A DNA stretch of 64,000 bases from an uncultured virus (IMG/VR IMGVR_UViG_3300043464_001377) (taxonomy: Duplodnaviria > Heunggongvirae > Uroviricota > Caudoviricetes): IMG/VR virus record IMGVR_UViG_3300043464_001377. The stretch is one strand, 5' to 3'. The position numbers and the translations under genes were made by a program. A model generated the notes under the pieces. That model had not been told where the DNA came from. It did no database searches and was given only the letters and a program-made list of their open reading frames with translations. Shown piece by piece: positions 8,169-18,200 of this stretch (positions are counted from its first letter, which is position 1; each line of letters starts with the position of its first letter).

Positions 8169-11100
8169 GTGAGCGACTCCGAAAACAGAGCCTTGTCCGA
8201 CATTGTCTGGACACCCGCACGCGGGCTGTCCGAGCCCGAGATTCGTGGCATCTCGTGGAACAATTTCCTGCTGTCTGAAGAGACCTACGGCGGCCGGTGG
8301 CGGACTGAGGCCGAAGTTCGCGTCACGCCTGAGACAGCCCTCCAGTCGACCGTGGTGCTGGCGTGCTGCCGCATCTTGGCCGAGACGATCAGTTCCCTTC
8401 CCCTACACGTCTACCGGCGAGGGGAAGACGGCAGCAAAGACATCGCCCGCGATATTCCGCTGTATCGAGTCTTGTCGTTCGCTCCCAACTCCTGGCAGAC
8501 CAAGTTCGAGTTCTTCGAGCAGATGGTGATGAACCTCTGCCTGTGGGGGAACTCCTACACGCAGATCAAGAGCGGCCGGTACGGCGCTGTCTCGGAGTTG
8601 CTCAACCTCCACCCGTCTCGCATGGACGTGGAGCGGCTCGAAAACGGCCGCCTCCGCTACATGTACACGAATCCGGAGAACGGAAGACTAGAGCCGTACA
8701 CGCAAGACCAGATCATGCACGTCCGGTGGACCGCCGAGCCCGACGGCATCAAGGGCATGGTCCCAGTCGAAGTCGCACGCGAGTCGATCGCCCTCGCCAG
8801 GGCGTGCGAGATTCACGCCGCCAAGTTCTGGGCGAACTCAGCCCGGCCCGGCATGGTGCTACAGACCGACGGCTCGCTCTCGCCCGAGGCCGCCGAGCGG
8901 CTGCGAGATAATTGGGAGCGACTCCATCGCGGCGTCGACCGGGCGTACAAGACCGCGATCCTCACGAACGGACTCAAAGTCGAGCCCGTCGGCTTCACGG
9001 CCGAGCAGTCGCAGTTCGAGTCGACACGCCGCTTCCAGTCCGAGGAGATCGCGAGGGTCTATCGGTTGCCCCTCCGGCTCGTGCAGGGCCAGCCTGGCGG
9101 CAACCCGGAGATCGAGGGCCAGGACTTCGTCACCTACACGCTGGTGCCATGGCTGCGACGCATCGAGAGCGCGATCTCTCGGTCGCTGATCTACAACGAC
9201 GACCTGTTCGTCGCCGAGTTCGACGTGCGTGGACTGATGCGAGGGGACTCCAACTCTCGCGCGGGCTACTACTCCACGATGACGAACCTCGGGATTTTTT
9301 CGATCAACGACTGCCGTCGACTTGAGAACCTTCCGCCGCTCGAAAACGGCGACAAGCACTTCGTCGGCATGAACATGCAGACGATCGACGAGGCAGTCAA
9401 GCCGAAGCCCGACCCGGCAATGATGGGCGGCCCAGGAGCCCCGCCGCCGCCAGCCCAAGGCGGCGTCCCGAGCCTGCCTGAAGTCAAGACGGGCAAGGCT
9501 CCGAACCCGGCCGAGAAGGGTGAGCAGTCGAAGCCGAAAGAAGAAGGCATGCTTGTTTCTTACGGCGAAGGCAAGACCGGCCGCGTCAAGCACGTCATGG
9601 AGCAGGGCACGCTCGACCTCAAGTCTGGCGAGAAGATCGAAGTCCAGCCAGGCGAGCCCGTGGCCCTTGTCGTCGACGAAGAGACCGGCGAGGAAGCGGG
9701 CATCAAGGTCTCGCAACTCAAGCCGATCCAAGAGAAGCGGGCCCTCTCGCAGCAGAATCAGGCCCTGTACGACGCCCAGGAAGAGATCGTCAAGAAGAGT
9801 GGACGCTGGCCCCAGCAAGGCCCAAGCGGCGCCCACTACATGGAGAAGAACCCTTTCGCGTCTCGCGGCATCGCCTGCCGGAACTGCATCTACTACGAAG
9901 AGGGCGGCTCCTGCGAGATCGTCAAGGGCATCATCTCGCCCAACGCGATCTGCAAACTGTGGATCATTCCCGAAGAAAAACTCAGCATGCCAGAGTCTCG
10001 CGACTGCGGGACGGGCGCTGGCGGCTTCAAGGACGGCAACAAGTGCGCTGGCAGCAGCGACGACGGCGAGCCCGTTCGCGGTTTCCGTCGCGGCGAGGGC
10101 GATAAGAAGCAGTCTCGCGCTGCCAAGAAACTCTACCAGATGGGCACGTCTGAGCGACGCATCAAGGACTTGGTGCGACAACTCGGCGGCAAGCCTGGGC
10201 GATCGTCAGCCAAAGTCACCGGCGACAAGATCGGCATCAGAGTCCGCGACTCATCTGGCAAGGACATCTTCTACGTGGAGATGGGCTACAACGGCGCGGG
10301 CATTGTCCCCATCGGCAAGACGCTCTCGCGAGAGCAGGCGTCACAGATCGAGTCGCTCGCGAAGCCCGCGTTCCCCGACAAGATTAGCGATCGTCTCTAC
10401 AATCGCGGCAAACGGTATCCAGTCTCTGTTCATCGCGACGACGCCGTCCTCAAGACTGGCGGACGGATCGCCAAGAAGGGCAAGCAGCAGCGGGCGTACT
10501 GCCCCACGGGCGAAGGCGGCGGGATCGACAACTCGTGCGGCAGCACGACGGAGACCGCCAAGGCCAGGGACAATCGCCTCTCCAGGGAGGCCAATGCCAT
10601 CAAGGGCCCGATCGCCGCAAACGACGAGCGGCTCGCCGCCAAGGTGGACTTCAAGCCCGTCGCAGAGTCGTCCAAGAACTCTGACAGCATCCCGATGGCA
10701 AGCGACGACGCGATTCGCCTTGCATTGTCTGGAAACGTAAAGATCGACGGCCAGGAGATTCCCAAGCGAGAACTCGTCGGATCGCACCGCGAACTTGCTG
10801 AAGGAACTCCCGTCGCCCTGCGAATCGACATTCCAGCCTACGAGAAAAAGGACACGTACGCCGTCACGGTCCACAGCAAGGCGAAGTCCAAGAACGGCGT
10901 CGGCAAGGTCATTGGATTCGACTCGATCGTGACATTGTCTGGAGACGTGACGTTCGTCTCGCACGAGCCGACGGCCACAGCGATCGCAATGGGCCGCTCA
11001 AAGACTCCGCTTGCGACGGTCGTCGGCAAGTTCAAGCCGAGCCGCGAGGTTCCAGAGGACATCAACGACTGGACGGCGGTCGGCTACAACCCGAAGAAAG

Positions 11101-12299
11101 CCGCGTACTTCTACGACAAGAGGACCGGGCGTGAAGTCACCGGCGGCACCGACTCTGTCAGCATTGGCAACACGGTCTTCGTGCGAACGCCGAAGTACGG
11201 CGAGCGGTACGCCAGCGAGCAGTACAGGTCTCTGGATGACAACTCGTGGGGGCTGGAGCAGCGGGCGGAAGACTGCGGGAGAGTCGACGGCGGACTGTTT
11301 GGGCCTGGAAACAATTGCGCAGCCGACGGCGAAGGCGGCTCCAAGTCTGACCGGATCGCAGAAATGGCGATCAAGTCTATGGCCGAGACTGGAGGGTTCT
11401 CAATTCATCCAGTGTCAGAGTCAAGTCCGACGTCTGGTTACATGGTCTCGGTTGCGCCAGAGTCAGAGACCATTGTTCCATCAGCCCAAAAAGTCACAGG
11501 GCCGGTGATCGACAAGTTCTTGAAAGAAAACAAGTCTAAGTTCGAGGAGAGGCCTACACTTCACATCGGCGGCTGGATTGATTCCGAATCCAACCAAGTG
11601 TACCTTGACCTGTCGGAGCGATTTGATGACATCGACGACGCCATTGATGCGGCTGAGTCGACCAATCAACTCGCGATCTGGGACTTGAACGAGAAGAAAG
11701 AAATCAGAAAGGGCGACTACAGTGGCAGACGAACCAAAGGCAAAGGCGAAACTCGTGCGGTTCGACTTTCCGACGGGAGCGAAGGCGGAAGAGATCGCGG
11801 CGGCCATAGAGGCGGCTCGCGAGAAGATCATGGCCGAGAAGGCCGCCAAGCAGCAGACGCCCTCGTCGAAGAACTGAAGCAGTCTGGCGAGGCTGATCTC
11901 CCGAGCATCGTATTCAGGCCAACTACCGAGTCTCGCTCGGTAGTTGAGTACGACCTCGACACGGACGCGATCTACGTGTCCGACTCTCTGAATGACGAGG
12001 CCGTTGCCTCGTTCCGGCTCGCAGCAGCGAGGGGCTGGCTCTCGCAGCCCAATCCGCTCCTGCACGAACTGGCTCATCGGCATCATGCCGTGGCAGACGC
12101 CGAGTCGTACGACGCATCGGCGTCGCTCTCGTTTGACGCCGAGAACCGCGACGTCGCCAAGAGCGTTTCTCGCTACGCCGCCACGAGCCACCGCGAGTTC
12201 GTTGCTGAAGTCCTGGCTGGCCTGTGGGCCGGGAAAGAGTACGGCGACGACGTGATGCGGCTTCTCTCTTCGGTAACGAACGGAAAGTTTTCGACGTGA
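8169..12299 (+). CDS. HK97-family portal protein with ~950-aa multidomain C-terminal extension
   Basis: Portal motifs (VLACCRILAETISSLPL, PNSWQT, EEIARVYRLP, YTLVPWLRRIE, SINDCRRLENLPP), then Tudor-like, HiPIP-like CRNC..C..C, three Cys motifs and zincin HELAH; GTG start after GGGG. Confidence 0.9.
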   Translation: MSDSENRALSDIVWTPARGLSEPEIRGISWNNFLLSEETYGGRWRTEAEVRVTPETALQSTVVLACCRILAETISSLPLHVYRRGEDGSKDIARDIPLYRVLSFAPNSWQTKFEFFEQMVMNLCLWGNSYTQIKSGRYGAVSELLNLHPSRMDVERLENGRLRYMYTNPENGRLEPYTQDQIMHVRWTAEPDGIKGMVPVEVARESIALARACEIHAAKFWANSARPGMVLQTDGSLSPEAAERLRDNWERLHRGVDRAYKTAILTNGLKVEPVGFTAEQSQFESTRRFQSEEIARVYRLPLRLVQGQPGGNPEIEGQDFVTYTLVPWLRRIESAISRSLIYNDDLFVAEFDVRGLMRGDSNSRAGYYSTMTNLGIFSINDCRRLENLPPLENGDKHFVGMNMQTIDEAVKPKPDPAMMGGPGAPPPPAQGGVPSLPEVKTGKAPNPAEKGEQSKPKEEGMLVSYGEGKTGRVKHVMEQGTLDLKSGEKIEVQPGEPVALVVDEETGEEAGIKVSQLKPIQEKRALSQQNQALYDAQEEIVKKSGRWPQQGPSGAHYMEKNPFASRGIACRNCIYYEEGGSCEIVKGIISPNAICKLWIIPEEKLSMPESRDCGTGAGGFKDGNKCAGSSDDGEPVRGFRRGEGDKKQSRAAKKLYQMGTSERRIKDLVRQLGGKPGRSSAKVTGDKIGIRVRDSSGKDIFYVEMGYNGAGIVPIGKTLSREQASQIESLAKPAFPDKISDRLYNRGKRYPVSVHRDDAVLKTGGRIAKKGKQQRAYCPTGEGGGIDNSCGSTTETAKARDNRLSREANAIKGPIAANDERLAAKVDFKPVAESSKNSDSIPMASDDAIRLALSGNVKIDGQEIPKRELVGSHRELAEGTPVALRIDIPAYEKKDTYAVTVHSKAKSKNGVGKVIGFDSIVTLSGDVTFVSHEPTATAIAMGRSKTPLATVVGKFKPSREVPEDINDWTAVGYNPKKAAYFYDKRTGREVTGGTDSVSIGNTVFVRTPKYGERYASEQYRSLDDNSWGLEQRAEDCGRVDGGLFGPGNNCAADGEGGSKSDRIAEMAIKSMAETGGFSIHPVSESSPTSGYMVSVAPESETIVPSAQKVTGPVIDKFLKENKSKFEERPTLHIGGWIDSESNQVYLDLSERFDDIDDAIDAAESTNQLAIWDLNEKKEIRKGDYSGRRTKGKGETRAVRLSDGSEGGRDRGGHRGGSREDHGREGRQAADALVEELKQSGEADLPSIVFRPTTESRSVVEYDLDTDAIYVSDSLNDEAVASFRLAAARGWLSQPNPLLHELAHRHHAVADAESYDASASLSFDAENRDVAKSVSRYAATSHREFVAEVLAGLWAGKEYGDDVMRLLSSVTNGKFST

Positions 12300-15200
12300 T
12301 TTTTCTGGAAGAAGAGTACCGGGCATTCTGCCCCACCGGCGACGGCGGCGGCGTCAAGAACGACTGCTCGTCGCAGGACGGCAGCGGAGCAAGGACCGAC
12401 AACTCGTGGAAGCGGGAGCAGGGACCAGTTCGCATTGCCGGTGATGACCTGAAGCAGTCTCCTCCGGCCAAGTCGCTCGCTGGCGTGAAGGCAGTCGTCA
12501 TCATGGACGGCGAACTGGTCAACAAGTCGCTCCGCGAGGTCGGCGTCACGCTTGATCAAGCGGCCAGAGCATGCGCGGCCCTCGACCCGGAGGCCCAGGT
12601 CACGATATCCCACGGCGGGCTGCTTGAGATCATCGAGTTCATGGGAAGCGATGACCCGGAGCGGTACATCGAAGACACCGTGACGTTCACGAGCGAGATG
12701 CCCGTGGCTGGCATCGAGGGCGCTGCTCGGACTGCCGCATCGCTGACGAGGACCGAAGAAGACGGACTCGTCATGTCCTACACGATGCTGATGATCAGCG
12801 ACGAGGCCAAGCAGAAAGCCAGCGTCGCCGTCGCTCGTCACATGATGAAGGGCGCGATCGCAAGCATTACGCAGGCTGAGAAGATCGGCGTCGACAGGGT
12901 CGAGATGCTGGCCGCCGGTGATAGCGGCAAGAACTCTGACTTCAAGGGCTATCGCATCTGGCCGAGGCTCGGCTTCAACGGCGTGATTCCACGCAGGCAT
13001 GTCACGCCCACATGGTCGCTCGCAACTGGGTTCTTCAACTCCTACGGCAGCGGCATCCCAGACAAGATTCTCTCGCCTCGCGCTCGCAAAGAGAAGGCCG
13101 CAGGAGCCTTGACGATCCAGTCTCTGTACGAGACCAAGGAGGGCCAGGAGTGGTGGGAAGAGAACGGCGGCGAGATGGAGATGTCGCTCGCCGTCGGCAG
13201 CAACAGCGATCCTGGCTGGAAGCGATTCAAGTCCCTGCGTGACAGGTTCTCGAAGCGAGGCCTGGACTTGACTGACGCCTTCTTTGACGCCGAGGCTAGA
13301 GCCCTGCTTGATGGCGACTGGGCTGAGTTGCGTGCCTACTGCCCAACAGGCGAAGGCGGCGGCATCGACAATACGTGCAGCCCAGGCGGCCAGTCTTCTG
13401 CGGCTCCCGCCAAGGCGGACGACTCGTGGAAGGAGTCGAAGTCGTCTCTATCTATCTCTGGCGATGGGCTCAAAGACAAGCCGCCATTCACAGGTGCAGA
13501 CAAAGCAGGAAGCGTCGCTATTCCAAACCCGCAGGGACTTGCGGATGGAATGTCTGACGCTGGCATCAAGTCGCTCGACGAACTCGCTGCCATGAGCGGC
13601 GCGACAATTCGCGGGAGTAAGGTGACGTTCTTTGGAGCGTCAGGCGGCAACGACGGCACCGGCGCCTTCATCACCATTGATAACGAAATCCCGCTTGCCC
13701 GCGATGGCAGTGATTCGGAAGGCCAATTTGACGTCAACGTCGCTGTGTATCGGGACGACGGAGAGTATGTGCTTGGCTTCAACGGCATGTACCCAGACAA
13801 GGCTGCGACTGCCACTCGCGAGAGGGTCGCAAAAGCCACTAGCCTTATGCAGCAGGCTGTTATCGAGGCGATCGCCAGCGTCGAAAAGACAGGAATCTCG
13901 AAGGTCAAGATGAGTGCCGCTGGCGGCCCCGAGTATGAACTCAAGGGATATCGCCTGTGGCCGCAGTTTGGATTCGATGCCATGCTCGACAAGAGCAGCA
14001 AGCATTCGCTCTCCCAGGCCCCGCAGGCAGTGGTCGAGAAGTTGATGCGGACTGCGAGGCCCGATCTTTTTGCGACGCGGATCACGCCATCGCACGCTGC
14101 CCTTGTCGCGGCCCTGCCTCACAGCGACATCACCGTGCAGCACCTCGTCTCATTCCACGAAGGCGACGTCTGGTGGAACGAGAACGGCACAACTCTGAGC
14201 ATGACTCTCGACCTGTCGGACAAGAAGAGCCTCGGCTACGCCAAGTTCCAGAAACAAACGTCGCGGCTCAAGAGGCTCAAGGAGCGAAATCAGTCGCGGG
14301 CGTTCTTCGAGTGGCTCGAAGAAGAGGCTGAGTTCAGGGCCGGGGCTGACTGCGGTCGGGTCGATGGAGGCCGGTTTGGAAGCGGCAACGACTGCGCCAG
14401 CGATGGCTCGTCGTGGGAGGACGAAGAGAGCGTCGACATGGACGCGGAAGCCATTTCGTCGTCGCCGCCGTTCAAGGGCGCCGAAGTCCTCGATTCGTTC
14501 TCCGTGAACGATGTCCAGTCTCTGAAGGACACGCTCTCTGACTTCGGGAGAGTCAAAGGCGTCAAGGACGTTGTCGCAATCAGCGGCGGCGTTCGTCAGG
14601 GCGGATCAGTCGGAATCGACGCCTTCGGCGACTCCATTATCGTCAACTCCGCGATTCCAGTTGCGCCGGACGGCTCTGGTCGTCTTGGCAACATCAAGAA
14701 CATGGTGTCGCTGATGAAGGACGACGACGGGTATCTCGTCGTCAACTACGACAGCATGTCGCTGGATTCTGCCGCCATGTCATCCATCAGCGGAGACTTG
14801 GAAGATGACTCGGCCGACAGGCGTCGAATCGTCAGTCTCGTGTTGGAGCGAATGACGGAGTCGCTCTCTGTCGCCGAGGAGTCTGGAGCAATCCGGGCCG
14901 ACACGATCGCCGCCGGAACGTCGACCAGTGCCCTGCAAGGATATCGGCTGTGGCCGCAGTTTGGTTTCGATGGCGAACTCGATAGGGCCGACATCGACGC
15001 CATCAAGGAGGACATCAAACTCACGCCGTACCAGAAGCGTAGGGCACTCACAGGCCAGATGACCGTTCAGGACTTGATCGCCACGCCCGAAGGCGATCGC
15101 TGGTGGAACGAGAACGGCACGACGATTGAACTGACGCTCGACTTCACCGACCAGACCAATGCTGGCTACAAGCGTTTCGAGCGAATGAAGAAGATGCTTG

Positions 15201-18200
15201 CCCGGCTGAAGGAACGCAACAAGACTCGCAGTGCGTTCGACGATGGCGTCGAGCGTCGCGACGACTGCGAGCAGACCGAGAGCGGCCAGTTCGCCAAGGG
15301 CAATGACTGCGCGAAGGGCGACGGATCGCCGTCGAAGGAAAAAGAGAAGAAACCCCGCGCTGCGAAGAAGTCTGAGGAGCCAGCCAAGGAGCCGCTCAAG
15401 TGGACGCCTGGCGCGAGCCACGTCGACGTCTTCAAGGAGTCTGTCGAGAAGAGCCCAACCAAGCGGAGCGACGACGGCAAGAAGATTCTTTCCACGTCCG
15501 TCCCAGGCGCCACGCCAGTGCGTGGACTTGCAGGCAAGGACGAGATCGACCCGATCTCGGTCGGCAACTACCTCGTCGCCAGGCAGGCCGAGCATCGTGG
15601 CCGCACCATCGACACTACGAAGCCGCTCGAAGGAGATGACTTCGAGTACATGGTGTCTGGCATCGTGTCCCAGGTCGAGTCCGCGCGGGCTCGCGGAGTC
15701 TCGCCCAACTTCTACAGCCCAGAGGACCGCCGGACACAGATCGAAGAGTACGCCAAGATTCAGCCGCTCATGCGAGGCGGCAGGACAGCGTCAGGATTCT
15801 GCGTCGGCGTCGAGGGCCCCAACGGAGAGTGCGAGCCGTCTGAAGGCATCTCGCCGCAGGCAGAGTTTCTGTTCCGTGCCGCTCAGGCTTTGACTTCACC
15901 GGAAGCCAACCCGTACGAGAACATGCTCCGGGCGGACGCCGTGCTGACGGCGTTCTTCGAGGAGCCAGACCCGAGCAAGGCGAAACTCGGCAGCGGCATT
16001 CGCATTGCCGGAGCCGGAGCCGAGAACACGCTCGCTGACTTCGCGAGACTCCAGAAGATCATCGACCGCGTCGGCCTTGAGGAGGCTCGCCGGATATTCA
16101 CCGGGCCGCCGATCAAGGTCAGCGACTTCGAGAAGTTCTTCCTCTCGAAGGTTCCTGGCACCGAAGGCGATCGCTACAAGGCGAACGACTACGCCGTCGC
16201 CGAAGTTGTCCCGCCGTTCAGCATCTTCGGTCCTAAAGTTGGCCCGTTCTTCGCCAACAACACCGGCGACGATGAGGCCCTCACCGCTGACATCTGGTTC
16301 ACGCGAACGTGGGGCAGGCTCTCAGGCGAGTTGGTGTCCAAGTCTTCGGAGTCTCTCGCGAAGAAGCATGCCTCGGACTTGATGGCGTCGACCAAGGACA
16401 TCCCCCGCAAAGAACTCGCTGCGATGGGCTTGGACGGTAGGCAGTTCCGGACGCTCGTCGCGCAGATGAAGAGGACTGGCGTCATTCCGCAGCAGATCGC
16501 AGACTGGGCCGAGGCGAGAGACAAGCAGTACAAGAAGGACAAGTTCCCGAATCCCAAAAACGGAACCGGCACAGCCGAGCGATACAAACTGGATCGCTTG
16601 GCTGTTGCCATCCTGAAAAACCAAGCCAACGTCATGCGGGCGCCTACGACGTCTGTCATGCGGGCGAACATGATCCGCGCGATGCGTGAAGCCGCCAAGA
16701 GAACCGGAGTCTCGGTCGCCTACATGCAGGACATCCTGTGGCAGGACGAGCAGGATGCGTGGGGCACGCTTGGGTCTCGCACGACCACGGTCCCAGGCGA
16801 GCCCTCGCTCTACTCGGAAGTGATCCGCAAGATCGTCACCGAGCCAGCGAACTACCAGAAGCGGCGGCGAGAGAGCAAGCGTTCTCTCGGAGTCATCGCC
16901 GAGCCGATGAGCCTGCCTCTGTATTCCGACCAGAAGGGCGGCCCCGAGCAGGCTCTGTTCGCGGACTTCATCGCGAGCATGGACGACGATGAGTTCGCCG
17001 ACCTCGCGGTCGAGTTCCTGACCAAGCGAGCCAAGGAGTCTCGCGCCTTCTGCCCCACGGGCGACGGCGGCGGGCTCGACAACTCGTGCAGCGCCACCGA
17101 CGGAAAACTCAAGGCGCAGTCAGCGGAACTGTTCAGAGGAGAGCCGTCGTTCGTAGATCAAGACGACGGCTACATCTATCATGTGACGACAGAAGAGAAC
17201 GCAAAGAAAATCCTTTCCGACGGGTTCTCAAGGCCGCTTGGCTCCAAGGCAACAGTCAAGGGCGGCGCCTACGAGAACTACTCAAAAGGCAAGGTGTTCT
17301 TCACAGAAAAGAGCGGGCTTGCGGCGTGGAAGAGCAAGATCGAGGAACATCTGTTTCACTCGTCTGACGACCCGCCACCAGCGGCGATCATACGAATCAA
17401 GAAGTCCGATGTCTCGCACCTTCTGAGCGATGATCATGTTGGGACACAAGACGCCGGAAGCCAAGCCTACTTCATTGACCTGTCGAAGCGCAAGCAGAAG
17501 AGGGCCTTCTGCCCCACTGGCGACGGCGGCGGGGTCGACAACTCGTGCGGCTCTGACGACGGCTCGCCTGCGGCAGGCTCGCCTGGCCGCACGCAGGAGT
17601 CGCTGCCCAAGTCCTTCCCTCGCGGCTCCGATAAGTTCCGCGACGCCATCGACTCCGTCTCGCCCGATCCGAAGTCTGTCTGGGACAGGGCAAAGGGTCG
17701 CGCGGACACGCCGCCTGAAAAGATTCTCACGTCGGCCGCCGACGAGCAGACGTCTTCTGGGTCGTCGCTGACTCCAGAGGCCGAGAAGTCCTACGCCGAC
17801 CTCGTCGACGAGATCGGCAGGCAGTACGAGGCCCTCGTGGCGGCAGGGCTCAAGGTCAGGGCCTGGAGAGGCGAAGGCGAACCGTACGGCGACCCGCCGG
17901 GCAGCACGAAGCCAAACTCGGACAAGATGCGAGAAGAGGTCGCCAAGACCGGCGAGTTCTCGTTCTTTATGACCGAGCGAGGATTCGGCACTGGCTCGGC
18001 CACGCCCGACCACCCGATGCTTCGCGAGACGAAGTACAAGACTGCCGATGGCGAGCCCATGATCGCCAACGACCTGTTCCGTGTCGTCCATGACATGGTC
18101 GCGCACGTTCGCGGCGGCTACTCGTTCTCAACCAACGGCGAGTACAACGGCATGCTGACCCATGCCTCGACGCTTCCCGAAGGCGCGTGGCCTGCCCTGT

